A stretch of DNA of 64,000 bases, taken from positions 704,001-768,000 of the forward strand of contig CAWCRS010000005.1 in NCBI GenBank assembly GCA_963798085.1, read 5' to 3'. Made by a program: the position numbers and the translations under genes. Positions 32,388 to 41,692 of the stretch are shown in pieces. Every line of letters starts with the position of its first letter. Within the stretch, counting starts at the first letter, position 1. The notes beneath the pieces are model-generated. The model saw nothing but the letters and a program-made list of their open reading frames with translations, was not told the DNA's origin and did not search any database. This stretch comes from an uncultured Gemmatimonadales bacterium (GTDB lineage Bacteria > Gemmatimonadota > Gemmatimonadetes > Longimicrobiales > RSA9).

Positions 32388-32900
32388 GATTCTGCCCCGG
32401 GCTTCGTGGACTTGAACATCTTCAGCATGCGGTCCGTGATGAGGAAGCCGCTCACAATGTTCGTTACCGATGCGAAGAGCGCGACCGCACCCAGCATCCG
32501 GATCTCGAGCGGGTAGTCGGCGCCCGTCACGATAATGGAACCCACCACCGCGATCGCCGAGAATGGCGTTGGTGAGCGACATCAGCGGCGTATGCAGGAG
32601 TCGCGACACCCGGCGGATCACGCCCAGCCCGATGAAGCTGGAGAGGATGAAGACGAAGAGCAGCGACCAGTAGTCCGGCGCGGGCGGATTTTCGGCCTGC
32701 GCGCCTGCCGCCTCACCGCCACCGACCGCCGGCGCCGCCGGCGCCGCCACCGCGCCCGGCGCGGTCAGCGCCATGGTGACAAGTTGTCGAGGAGCCGGGT
32801 CTGCTGCCCCGCCGGTGAGTGAGGTGCCCGCCGCAAGCGAGGCTGCCGGCAGGCTCGTTGTCAGCGCAACGCACAACGCGAGCAACGTACGGGTTGACAA
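32384..32900 (-). CDS. pntA: NAD(P) transhydrogenase subunit alpha part 2 (membrane part) with N-terminal extension; frameshift at ~32562
   Basis: LHTPLMSLTNAI-(extra base)-SAIAVVGSI...NIVSGFLITDRMLKMF; TTG start after AAGGAG. The apparent fusion to pntB in the ORF track results from the frameshift. Confidence 0.88.
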
Positions 32901-33153
32901 TGGCCGGTCTCCTTTGAGAGTGCGCCGGTCAATCTGCGAGACAAATCGTCCGCAAACCAGAGTCCGTACGGTGAGTCCGAGATATTACGTGCGTTGCCGG
33001 AAAGATCTGGAAATGTTGTACGGAAAGTCCCTGCAGAGCCCGCCGCCCCGGCTGTGCAGCGTCCGGCGCCGCGGGGCGCGAAGCGGCGGCGGCGTGGCCC
33101 GCATGTCCCCTGCGTGCTACCTTCGCGGTCCACTTTTCATGGGAGCGGAAGAC

Positions 33154-33582
33154 ATGCCGACCAGCAGGGCGTCGGCCGTCTGGGAAGGCGGCCTGAGGAA
33201 CGGGCAGGGACACTTCAAGGCGGGATCGGGCGCGTTCGCGGGCGATTTCACATTCCTCACGCGCTTCGAGGGCGCCGCCGGCACCAACCCCGAGGAGTTG
33301 ATCGCCGCGGCCCACGCCGCCTGTCTCTCGATGGCGCTGGCCGCAGGTCTGGAGCGCGCCGGCACGCCGCCCACGCAGATCGCGACGACGGCGTCCTGCA
33401 CCATCGAGCGCAAGGAGGCAGGCTTCCGCATTACCACAATGAAACTCGAGGTGCGAGGGACCGTGCCGGGCATCGACCAGGCCGCATTCCAGCAGGCGGC
33501 GGAGGCGGCCAGGGAAGGGTGTCCCGTGTCCAACGCGCTCAAGGGCAACGTCGAACTGCAGCTGGACGCACGACTGGCCTGA
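33154..33582 (+). CDS. osmC: OsmC family peroxiredoxin
   Basis: ASAVWEGGL..G.G, GTNPEELIAAAHAACLSMAL, A...CPVSNAL. Confidence 0.95.
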   Translation: MPTSRASAVWEGGLRNGQGHFKAGSGAFAGDFTFLTRFEGAAGTNPEELIAAAHAACLSMALAAGLERAGTPPTQIATTASCTIERKEAGFRITTMKLEVRGTVPGIDQAAFQQAAEAAREGCPVSNALKGNVELQLDARLA

Positions 33583-33715
33583 CGCCACAGCACGTCTAAC
33601 AGACTGTCAGGCGCTGCCCCGCTCGGACCGGGGATGAACCATCGCGGGCGCGCGGGCTTGGGCAGTGGCACGCGGCGATTTCGCTCCCGCCGCAGGGCTG
33701 CGGGCGCGCGCCCGT

Positions 33716-35530
33716 CTACGCCGCGCGCGTGGACCGAGGCTTGATGCCCGTAATGCCCCACTCCAGACGATCCAGCGCGTCCTCGCTCAGGCCACCGCGC
33801 AGGTCGACCCAGGTGAAACTGCGCAGGAACAGCGGCAGCACCGGCCTGGCCGGCGCACCCGGCAGCAGCACGGGAATCACGGGCATGCGCCTCGCCACGC
33901 ACTGCTCGAGGCAGGCGCGCAGCTCCGGCTCCTCCCAGGGGCCGACGCCGTGCTCCCCGAAAATGATGAGCGCACTGCGCACTGTGGCGATGGCCTGCTC
34001 GATCCCTTCCTGCCACGGCCGGCCGGGCGCCAGCTCCCAGACGTCCAGCCACACGCGCAGCCGGCGCTGCCGCAGATGCTCGCCCAGCTGCAGCACGGCA
34101 TCGCGCTCCTGCCCGTTGTAGCTCACGAACACGTCGAACGGCTCGGCCACCGGTGCTGGTGCTTCGCCCGCGGCCGCATCCGGCGGCGCGGGCGCCGCCA
34201 CCCGCGAGAGCGCCGGGCGGGCGCTGCGCCGCGCTCCCTGCAGCGTCGCGCCACCGGCTAACAGAATCGTCAGGAGGATGGTGGCCGCTACCGGGTAGTC
34301 AATGTCCGCCCACACGCGCCCCAGCCGCATGGCCAGTACGGCGCCCAGCACGAGAACCGCGATCATGATGCCGGCACTGCGCAGCAGCGCGGGGGTGCCC
34401 CCGCCGCCCGCCTGGACCACCGTGAGCAGCCAGCATACTGCGAACACGAGCGTCAGCAGGAGCCAGAGCGGCAGGTGTGTGATGAGGCTGCCCGTACGCA
34501 GGGCCTGCGCCGCCCATGTCTGGATGGTGACGCCGGGGAGCGCGCCCCAGGGCGTGTCCCAGGTGTCGCCCGGGCGGTAGGCGCCAACGAAAACGAAACG
34601 GTCGCGCAGCAGCGCCAGCGTGGAGTCGTCGGGCAGACCGTCGATCTGCACGGGTGTGCTGGCGGGGGGAACGAACTGCACGAGACCGTTCGCGGGAACG
34701 GCAACGGGTGCGCCCGCCAGCAATGTGGCGGCACGCACGGCCATTGAAGGCGACGACGGGTCGTCGGGCCTCGACGCCAGCACATTCCGGATTCGGCCAT
34801 CCGCCTCGCGCACGCCTATCACGCTGGCCAGGTTCTCGTCGTGCAGACAGGGTTGCAGCGTGGACGGCAGCGCCTCGCGCACCCAGGCACTGCCGCGCTG
34901 CCGCAGTTCGTACGCGAACACCACCGGCAGGCCCGCCTGACGCGCGCGCTCGACCAGCACGCAGAACACGCGATCGAAGCTCAATGTATCGCGCAGCGCG
35001 AAGTCGAAGATCATGCCCCTGGCGTGCTGCTCGATCCCCTGGCTGATCAGCCCCGCCAGCGTGCGCCTGGCTTCGGCGACGGGGGTGCCCGCAAACGAAG
35101 GCAGCAGCACGATCGCCACGTCGCCACCGCCGCGCGCCGGCGGCGCCAGCCCGTAATGCCAGTCGCCCAGGCGGTTGAGGCCCAGGAAATTGCCGGGCGT
35201 GGCATCCTCATAACCCGTGATTATCGCGCGCCGGCCATCCAGAATGCGTGTGCCCGCGGCAATGGCGAAGAACGTGAAATACGCGAGGAAGAAGAGCAGG
35301 AATCCGCCGCCCAGCAGCAGGCGTCGTTCGCGCAGGAGCGGCCGGCCCAGCAGTACGAGCGCTGCGGCCAGCGGCGCCAGCAGCGCGAGCACGGCCAGCG
35401 GTCGCTGGGAAAAGGAGCCCAGCGCGCGCGTCAGCAGGTAGGCGCCCGACCCCGCGGGCAGCGCAATGAGCAGCGCGATCCAGCGCTCCCGCCGCAGCGC
35501 GCGTTGGCGGCCCGCGTCAGCGAGCGCCAT
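33716..35530 (-). CDS. membrane receptor: 3 TM - CHASE2 - 3 TM - TIR domain
   Basis: CHASE2 motifs RRTLAGLI...ARGMIFDF, EADGRIRNV, LRDRFVFVGA...DTWDTPWGALPGVTIQ, followed by three hydrophobic helices. C-terminal FDVFVSYN...LRVWLDVWELAPG.PWQ.GIE.AI...GPWEEPEL...PVIPVLL...TWVDLR (TIR). Confidence 0.88.
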   Translation of the reverse strand: MALADAGRQRALRRERWIALLIALPAGSGAYLLTRALGSFSQRPLAVLALLAPLAAALVLLGRPLLRERRLLLGGGFLLFFLAYFTFFAIAAGTRILDGRRAIITGYEDATPGNFLGLNRLGDWHYGLAPPARGGGDVAIVLLPSFAGTPVAEARRTLAGLISQGIEQHARGMIFDFALRDTLSFDRVFCVLVERARQAGLPVVFAYELRQRGSAWVREALPSTLQPCLHDENLASVIGVREADGRIRNVLASRPDDPSSPSMAVRAATLLAGAPVAVPANGLVQFVPPASTPVQIDGLPDDSTLALLRDRFVFVGAYRPGDTWDTPWGALPGVTIQTWAAQALRTGSLITHLPLWLLLTLVFAVCWLLTVVQAGGGGTPALLRSAGIMIAVLVLGAVLAMRLGRVWADIDYPVAATILLTILLAGGATLQGARRSARPALSRVAAPAPPDAAAGEAPAPVAEPFDVFVSYNGQERDAVLQLGEHLRQRRLRVWLDVWELAPGRPWQEGIEQAIATVRSALIIFGEHGVGPWEEPELRACLEQCVARRMPVIPVLLPGAPARPVLPLFLRSFTWVDLRGGLSEDALDRLEWGITGIKPRSTRAA

Positions 35531-36602
35531 CCGAGCCGCCCACGCGCGAGCGCGTGGCCGTGGCCGATGTAGTCCTGCTGAGGGTGTCGGACGAACCCGT
35601 CTTCACAGCGGCGCGTGACGCCGCCGTCGTCGCTTTCCCGGCCGTCGCCTTCTTCGCGGTATCCGGCGCCGCCGAGCCGGCCGTGCCGGCGTTCGCCGCA
35701 CGCAGTGCTGCGGTGGTCGTGCCCGCGGCGCTGCCGCCACTCCGCATGCGCCCGACCCTGAGGATCGCCGGATCAATGTTGTAGCGTCTCGCGGCGTCGT
35801 CGGTGGTCACGCCTGCCCGCCGCAGGTTGAAGTTCGCGTGCTCGGGTACGCGGTAGCGGATCTGCGCCCTGGCCAGGGCCACCCGCCGCTCGGTATCGCC
35901 CGGGTTGGCCAGCACCTCGTAGTGCAGCACGCTGAGACTGTCGTACGAGGCGCTTCGGTTGTTGACGATAACACCCTGTTTCAACCCCTCGTCCATGTCG
36001 AAGTTGGCGTAGATCCCGGCCCAGCGCTTCAGCTGTTGCGGTGTGGTCCGGCCCAGTGATGGCCTGGCGCTGCGCGGACTCACGTCGAGGTTCATGCCCG
36101 GCCTCGCGGTGAGCGTGTCGCCGCTGCTCGTGCGTGCGGAAACCTCGCCGTCGAAGACGACAATGCGCGGCGCAATGCCGGCACTGTCGCGGCGCACAAT
36201 GATGGCGTACTGCGTACCATGACTGGTCAGGTTGACGGCGCCCACGGTCTGACCGGTCGGCTCTTCCGCGATCACGTTGGCATCGCCACTGAGCAGGTTC
36301 ATGTGACAGTGTCCTGCCGTGTCGGGCACATCAATGAAGAAGCGGAACGGCCCGCGCAGACGGTAGGTCGTCGACCCGGCTGGCATGCACAGCAGCTCGA
36401 GGTACGAGGTGTCTGCCGCGGTGAGCAGGTCACCGGGCTGCAGGTCGAGACCCGCAGTGGCGCGGATGGCGCGCGCTGCACCCAGCTGCTGTACGGCGAC
36501 CCGGCTGGGATCCGGGAACACCGCCTCGATCCTCGCCTGTGCCCTCGCGGCGGCGGGCGGCAGCGCGAGGAGCAACGCGATGGGGACTGCGCCTCGAATC
36601 AT
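35517..36602 (-). CDS. secreted FecR-domain-like protein with a TPR-like helix pair and an Ala/Thr/Lys-rich tail
   Basis: AGGAGG RBS; signal peptide ending ARA-Q; GLDLQPGDLLT...LELL...LLSG...HGTQYAI...IVVFDGEVS...LT..PG (FecR pattern); NPGDTERRVALARAQIR. Its stop overlaps the CHASE2-TIR start by 14 nt. Confidence 0.7.
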   Translation of the reverse strand: MIRGAVPIALLLALPPAAARAQARIEAVFPDPSRVAVQQLGAARAIRATAGLDLQPGDLLTAADTSYLELLCMPAGSTTYRLRGPFRFFIDVPDTAGHCHMNLLSGDANVIAEEPTGQTVGAVNLTSHGTQYAIIVRRDSAGIAPRIVVFDGEVSARTSSGDTLTARPGMNLDVSPRSARPSLGRTTPQQLKRWAGIYANFDMDEGLKQGVIVNNRSASYDSLSVLHYEVLANPGDTERRVALARAQIRYRVPEHANFNLRRAGVTTDDAARRYNIDPAILRVGRMRSGGSAAGTTTAALRAANAGTAGSAAPDTAKKATAGKATTAASRAAVKTGSSDTLSRTTSATATRSRVGGSDGAR

Positions 36603-36829
36603 CAGGGCCTCCTGCAGGCGGGGGCGGGTGACTTCGCGTACTGCGTCCACGCGCGATCACCCTGCTTCGGAAGGCGCACACGTGCGCGCCAAGCGGTCAC
36701 GCCGTCGTTCTGCAATCTAGACGGTGGTCCGGCAGGTGGCCACGTGTGCGCCGATGCGACGGCGGCCGCCTCACGCGTGCAAGGCGGCCGTCGTGTCTGC
36801 TGGATTCCGGCGCGCGCTGCGCGCGCCGT

Positions 36830-37450
36830 TCAGCCGTCCGACTTGTTCCAGCTCACTTCCCGGTTGATCTCGCGTCCGCACACGGTGCCGACGACGGTGC
36901 GCTTGCCCACATCCGGCAGGCGAGTGGAAGTGATGTGGAAGTCGCACTCGCCGCTCTTGCCATTGGTCGCGCTCCACGTGAAGTGGCCGGACTTGGTGGC
37001 GGTCTGCGGGCCCACCGGCTGGCCGTTCTCGAAGTGGCGCGTGGCGTCGAAGCTGAAGGTGCCGTTCACGGTGCGTGTCACATCACCGCGTGCGTGCGCG
37101 CAGTCATTCCAGGCGCCACTGGCGGTCGCGTGATAATCCGCTATGCCCTGGTCGTTGCGCGTGCGCTCAATGCTGCCCTCCAGCGTGATGGTACCGCCCG
37201 CGGGGCAGTCATGAGAGCGCGAGAATGTGCGCGTGTCCGCGCCGGCAATCGAGAGACCGGCATCGAGGCCGAAGCCACCCAGCAGAATCTGGCTGAACAC
37301 GATCTGACCCGTCATGGCATCGGTGTCGAGCGCGACCGCCACGGCGTCATCCGTGGTCATTCCATCGGCCGGTCCCGTACTGTCGTTGCTGCACGCCGCG
37401 ACGGCCAGCAGGGCCGCAACCGCGGGCGCCATCCAATTGACGCTGCGCAT
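36830..37450 (-). CDS. hypothetical lipoprotein
   Basis: GGAGGAG RBS; LLAVAAC-SNDSTGP lipobox; beta-rich body with four Cys (CPAGG, WNDC, EC, VCGR). Confidence 0.8.
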   Translation of the reverse strand: MRSVNWMAPAVAALLAVAACSNDSTGPADGMTTDDAVAVALDTDAMTGQIVFSQILLGGFGLDAGLSIAGADTRTFSRSHDCPAGGTITLEGSIERTRNDQGIADYHATASGAWNDCAHARGDVTRTVNGTFSFDATRHFENGQPVGPQTATKSGHFTWSATNGKSGECDFHITSTRLPDVGKRTVVGTVCGREINREVSWNKSDG

Positions 37451-37589
37451 GATCTGCATCTCCTCCCATTCTTGCGGCCATCCCCGCCGCTGCTTCCGAG
37501 GCCCCGCTTTTTCGGGACCTTCACCGATACGGATGCCGGATGCGCCACGGCCGTTAAGTGCGGGCGCATTGTGTGGATAATCATGCCAT

Positions 37590-37606
37590 TGCGAATGCCG
37601 TGCCGT
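37590..37606 (-). promoter_or_regulatory. possible sigma54 -24/-12 promoter
   Basis: Minus-strand ACGGCACGGCATTCGCA fits GG-N10-GC with a GGCACG core, ~140 nt upstream of the lipoprotein start. Confidence 0.3.
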
Positions 37607-37711
37607 CCTTGCGGCGAACGCGCTGCGGCGGGCCATGGGCGGGCTCCCTGACAGCGCGTTTTGTGTGCCGTCGGGGAGTAGCGTTGCTGCGCAATCAGTA
37701 CAGAGGGCGGG

Positions 37712-40171
37712 CTATTCAATGCGCAGGGCCGTGAGCGGATCGAGAGTGGCCGCTCGCCGTGCCGGCGTGTAGCTGGCGAGCCCGGCCACGGCGACGAGGA
37801 TGAGCGCGACAGCGCCGAAGGTGATGGGGTCGAACGCGTGCACGCCGAACAGCAGTGTCGACATGAGCCGGGTGAGCGCGAGTGCGCACGCCATGCCGAT
37901 GGCCACACCCATGCCGGCGAGCGTGAGACCCTGGCCCAGCACCATGCCGGCGACGCGTCGCGTCTCTGCGCCCAGCGCCATGCGCACGCCGATTTCCCGT
38001 GTGCGCTGCGCCACGATGTAGGCCATGACGCCGTACAGCCCGATGGCGCCGAGGAACAGGCCCACGAACGCAGCGATGGCCAGCAGCGTCATGGTGAGGG
38101 CCGTGCGCGCCATCGACTTGTCCACGATCTCCTGCAGCGTACGCGTATTGGCGAGGGGCAGGTTGGGGTTCACGCTCCAGACGGCCTTGCGCAGTTCCGG
38201 CAGCAGCGCCGCGGGCAGGCCGCGTGTGCGGACGACGTAGGTCAGGCTGCGCTCCACGGTGAGTCCGGCGCTTTGCTGACCCCGGTCTTCCTGCAGCAGC
38301 GGGAAGTAGGCGAGGCCGGGCGCATCCTGGTCCAGACCCGCGTCGTGCTCGTCGGCGACCACGCCGACGACGGTGTACCACTCGTCGGTCGGGTCCTGGC
38401 GCAGTCGCCGGCCCATGGCCTTTTCCGGCGAGCCCCAGAACTGACGCGCTAACGCTTCGTTAACGACCACCAGGCGGGCGTGGCTGTGCAGGTCGGCCGC
38501 GGTCAGCGCGCGACCGGCGCGCAGGGACAGACCGAGCGTGCCGAAGTAGTCGCCCAGCACCCACTTGGTGCGCACGATGGGCGGCACACCCCCGTCCGCC
38601 GTGGGATGATCCTCGATCCAGGTGCCGCTCTGCGATTCCTCGTCCTCCATGGGTACGGACGAGGTGGCGCCGGCCGCGACCACACCCGGCAGCTGCGTGA
38701 TGCCTGCCAGGATCTGCTCGTACGCATTGGCGACGGCGGTGGCATCGGCGATCTCGGCGGTGGGTATGGCAACGCGCGTGGTAATGATCTGTTCCGGCGC
38801 GCGGAATCCCGGATCCACGTGGCGCAGCGCCAGGAACGAGCGCACCATGAGACCGGCGCCGGCCATCAGTACGAGCGCGAGTGACACCTGGGCCACGACC
38901 AGGCTGTTGCGCGCGCGATGGCGCTCCCGTCCCGCGCTGGAGCCACGGCCGCCCTCCTTCAGTGCCGCGCTCAGCCGGGGCCGGGCATGGCGCATGATGG
39001 GGAACGCGCCGAAGAACAGACCGCAGAGCACGGAGACGGCGGCGGCGAAGACGAGGATGCGGCCGTTGATCGTGATCTCCTGCATGCGCGGCAGGTCGCC
39101 ACCCAGAGAGGCGAAGGCGCGGATGCCCACCCTGGCCAGCACCACGCCCAGCGCGCCGCCCAGCAGCGCCAGCGTGAAGCTCTCGAGCAGGAACTGCCCG
39201 GCGATATGGCGCCGCCCGGCACCAATGGCGGTGCGCAGTGCGACCTCGCGCTGGCGTCCTTCGGCGCGGACCAGCACCAGGTTGGCGACATTGGCGCACG
39301 CCACGAGCAGCACGATGCTCACGGTGCCCAGCAGGATCCAGAGCACGCGGCTCACGTCACCGGTAACTTCCTGTTTGAGCGGGTGGATGACGGGCGCGAG
39401 CTTCGCGCTCTCCATCATGGCGCGCGAGATGGGGCCGGGGTAGCGGTCGGGCAATGCCGGCAGCACGCGTTCCATGTCTGCCTGCGCCTGCGTCATACTC
39501 ACACCCGGACGGAGCCGTGCGATGCCGTCGTAGTTGAAGCTGCCCGAGCTGGTTTGCGCGGCGTCGAACTGCGCCGGCACCCAGACCTGCGGATCGTCAT
39601 TCAACCGGAAGCCGCGCGGCATGATGCCAATGATCTGCGAAGTCTGACCGTCGAGGCGCACGGTCTTCCCAATGACGCCGCGGTCGCCGCCGAAGCGCTG
39701 GCGCCAGAACTGCCAGGAGAGCACCAGCGTCTGGGGGGCGCCCGGCCGCACGTCTTCCGCGGTGAACGCGCGACCCAGCGCGGGCTTCACGCCCAGCACG
39801 CCGAACCAGCCGTCCGTGACCAGCCGTGCGCGCAGACGTTCGGGCGAGCCGTCACCGGTGAGGCTCACCTGTCGCGAAGCGGAGACCGCGATATCCTCGA
39901 ACACGCGGTTATCGGATCGATACAGCAGGTAGGTGGCGTCGGAGTGGCCCACTCTGGGCACATCGGCGCCGAGCGCGGAGAACCCGGAGTAGACGAGCCG
40001 CCCGGGATCGGGGAACGGCAGCGCGCGAATGAGCACGGCATCCACCACGCTGTAAATGGCGGTGGTGGCGCCAATGCCGAGGGCCAGGGTGAGGACCGCA
40101 ATGGCCGTGAACGCGGGCGCGCGCCGCAGGCGGCGCAGGACGAAGCGGAATTCGCTGGCAAGGCCCGACAT
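37712..40171 (-). CDS. ADOP family duplicated ABC permease
   Basis: RRAPAFTAIAVLTLALGIGATTAIYS, ACANVANL..R.EGRQREVALR, QRTREIGVRMALGA, LDPLTALRIE. Confidence 0.95.
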   Translation of the reverse strand: MSGLASEFRFVLRRLRRAPAFTAIAVLTLALGIGATTAIYSVVDAVLIRALPFPDPGRLVYSGFSALGADVPRVGHSDATYLLYRSDNRVFEDIAVSASRQVSLTGDGSPERLRARLVTDGWFGVLGVKPALGRAFTAEDVRPGAPQTLVLSWQFWRQRFGGDRGVIGKTVRLDGQTSQIIGIMPRGFRLNDDPQVWVPAQFDAAQTSSGSFNYDGIARLRPGVSMTQAQADMERVLPALPDRYPGPISRAMMESAKLAPVIHPLKQEVTGDVSRVLWILLGTVSIVLLVACANVANLVLVRAEGRQREVALRTAIGAGRRHIAGQFLLESFTLALLGGALGVVLARVGIRAFASLGGDLPRMQEITINGRILVFAAAVSVLCGLFFGAFPIMRHARPRLSAALKEGGRGSSAGRERHRARNSLVVAQVSLALVLMAGAGLMVRSFLALRHVDPGFRAPEQIITTRVAIPTAEIADATAVANAYEQILAGITQLPGVVAAGATSSVPMEDEESQSGTWIEDHPTADGGVPPIVRTKWVLGDYFGTLGLSLRAGRALTAADLHSHARLVVVNEALARQFWGSPEKAMGRRLRQDPTDEWYTVVGVVADEHDAGLDQDAPGLAYFPLLQEDRGQQSAGLTVERSLTYVVRTRGLPAALLPELRKAVWSVNPNLPLANTRTLQEIVDKSMARTALTMTLLAIAAFVGLFLGAIGLYGVMAYIVAQRTREIGVRMALGAETRRVAGMVLGQGLTLAGMGVAIGMACALALTRLMSTLLFGVHAFDPITFGAVALILVAVAGLASYTPARRAATLDPLTALRIE

Positions 40172-40366
40172 GTCGCAGCTCCATGGTACGACGGCACGGA
40201 GCGCGCCCGGACGTGCCGGGTCGCGAAAAACTGGAGCAACTACGGCGGCAGGCGACGACGGGTTTCCGATCCTCCCGGCGAGCCGTCGACGCGCCGGAAC
40301 TTGAGCGGACGCGTCGTCGGCTCCATCTTGGGCGGCCGAACCCACCCGCACAGTGAGGAACGCGCT

Positions 40367-41692
40367 CTGGAAGCTGCACACGGCAACGGGCTGCGCCGCG
40401 CGCTCGGGCTGCCGCACGCCACGGCCATGGTGGCGGGCACGATCATCGGCGCCTCGATCTTCGTGCAGCCAGCGGAAGTCACCAGCCGCGTGCCGTGGGC
40501 GCCGGGCATCTTTCTCGTCTGGTCGGTTGCCGGATTGCTGACGCTGGCCGGCTCGCTGGTCTGCGCCGAACTGAGCACGCGCTTCCCGGACAGCGGCGGC
40601 GTGTACGTGTTCCTGAAGGAATCACTCGGTGCGCCGGTCGGCTTCCTCTGGGGCTGGGCCATGTTCTGGACCATGCACACGGGAATCATCGCGGCCATCG
40701 CGGTGATCTTCGCGCGTTATGCGGCGTTCTTTCTGCCGCTGGGCGATGCCGGCCTGCGCGGCCTCGGCATTGTCGTGATTCTGCTGCTCTCGGCCATCAA
40801 TTATGCGGGCGTCCGGCGAGGCGCCACGCTGCAGGCGCTGTTCACCGCGGGCAAGCTGCTCGCCGTGCTTGCCATCATCGCGACCGGTTATGCGCTCGGC
40901 CCTCGCCAGCCGCTGGCACCGGCGCCGGGAAGCGCGTCCGCTCTCGATGCGCGGAATTTCCTGCTGGCGGTGGGTGCGGGCCTCTTCGCCTTCGGCGGCT
41001 GGCACATGGTCACGTACAGCGCGGGCGAGACCGTGCGGCCCGAGCGCACGCTGCCGCGCGCGCTGGTGCTCGGCGTGCTGGTGGTAACCGTGTGTTATAT
41101 CGCCCTCAATGCGGTATACCTGCACGTGCTGCCGCTGGCCACGGTGGCGCATTCCACGCGCATCGCCGCGGACGCCGCCAATGCGGTGCTGGGCCGGGGC
41201 GGCGGCGCACTCATGTCGGCCCTGGTGATATTCTCGACGCTGGGCGCCCTGTCCGGCATCATCCTGCTGGGTCCGCGGGTCTATTATGCCATGGCCCGCG
41301 ACGGCCTGGCCTTCCCCTGGCTGGGCGCCGTGCACCCGCGCTACCACACCCCGCACCACGCCATTGTGCTGCAGGCCGTGTGGTCCGCCGTGCTGGTCGC
41401 AACAGGCAGTTACAGGGCGCTGTTCACGCGCGTGATCTACACGGAGTGGATCTTCTTCGGCCTCATGACCATCGGCCTGATGCGACTGCGCCGGCGCGAG
41501 GGCGGACCGCCCGCGTGGGGCGTACCCGGCTATCCCGTCGTGCCCGTGCTGTTCGCCGCCGCGGCCTTCGGCATTGTGGCCATGCAGGTGGCGGCCGATC
41601 CGCGCTCCAGCGGGCTGGGCCTGCTGTTCGTGCTGGCGGGCCTTCCCGTGTACCTTGTATGGACCCGAACGAAAGCGAAGCGTCCGCCATGA
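40367..41692 (+). CDS. APC family amino acid permease (start uncertain)
   Basis: LRRALGL...GTIIGASIF, AELSTRFPDSGGVY, FAFGGW...GETVRPERTLPRA, PRVYYAMARDG, PGYPVVP. CTG start inferred from a GAGGAA RBS. Confidence 0.9.
   Translation: MEAAHGNGLRRALGLPHATAMVAGTIIGASIFVQPAEVTSRVPWAPGIFLVWSVAGLLTLAGSLVCAELSTRFPDSGGVYVFLKESLGAPVGFLWGWAMFWTMHTGIIAAIAVIFARYAAFFLPLGDAGLRGLGIVVILLLSAINYAGVRRGATLQALFTAGKLLAVLAIIATGYALGPRQPLAPAPGSASALDARNFLLAVGAGLFAFGGWHMVTYSAGETVRPERTLPRALVLGVLVVTVCYIALNAVYLHVLPLATVAHSTRIAADAANAVLGRGGGALMSALVIFSTLGALSGIILLGPRVYYAMARDGLAFPWLGAVHPRYHTPHHAIVLQAVWSAVLVATGSYRALFTRVIYTEWIFFGLMTIGLMRLRRREGGPPAWGVPGYPVVPVLFAAAAFGIVAMQVAADPRSSGLGLLFVLAGLPVYLVWTRTKAKRPP

Noticed and set aside
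30978..32900. Natural PntA2-PntB fusion (640-aa ORF)
   Set aside because: The joining segment is out-of-frame PntA2 sequence; one extra base at ~32562 explains it, and the two genes have a normal ATGA overlap.
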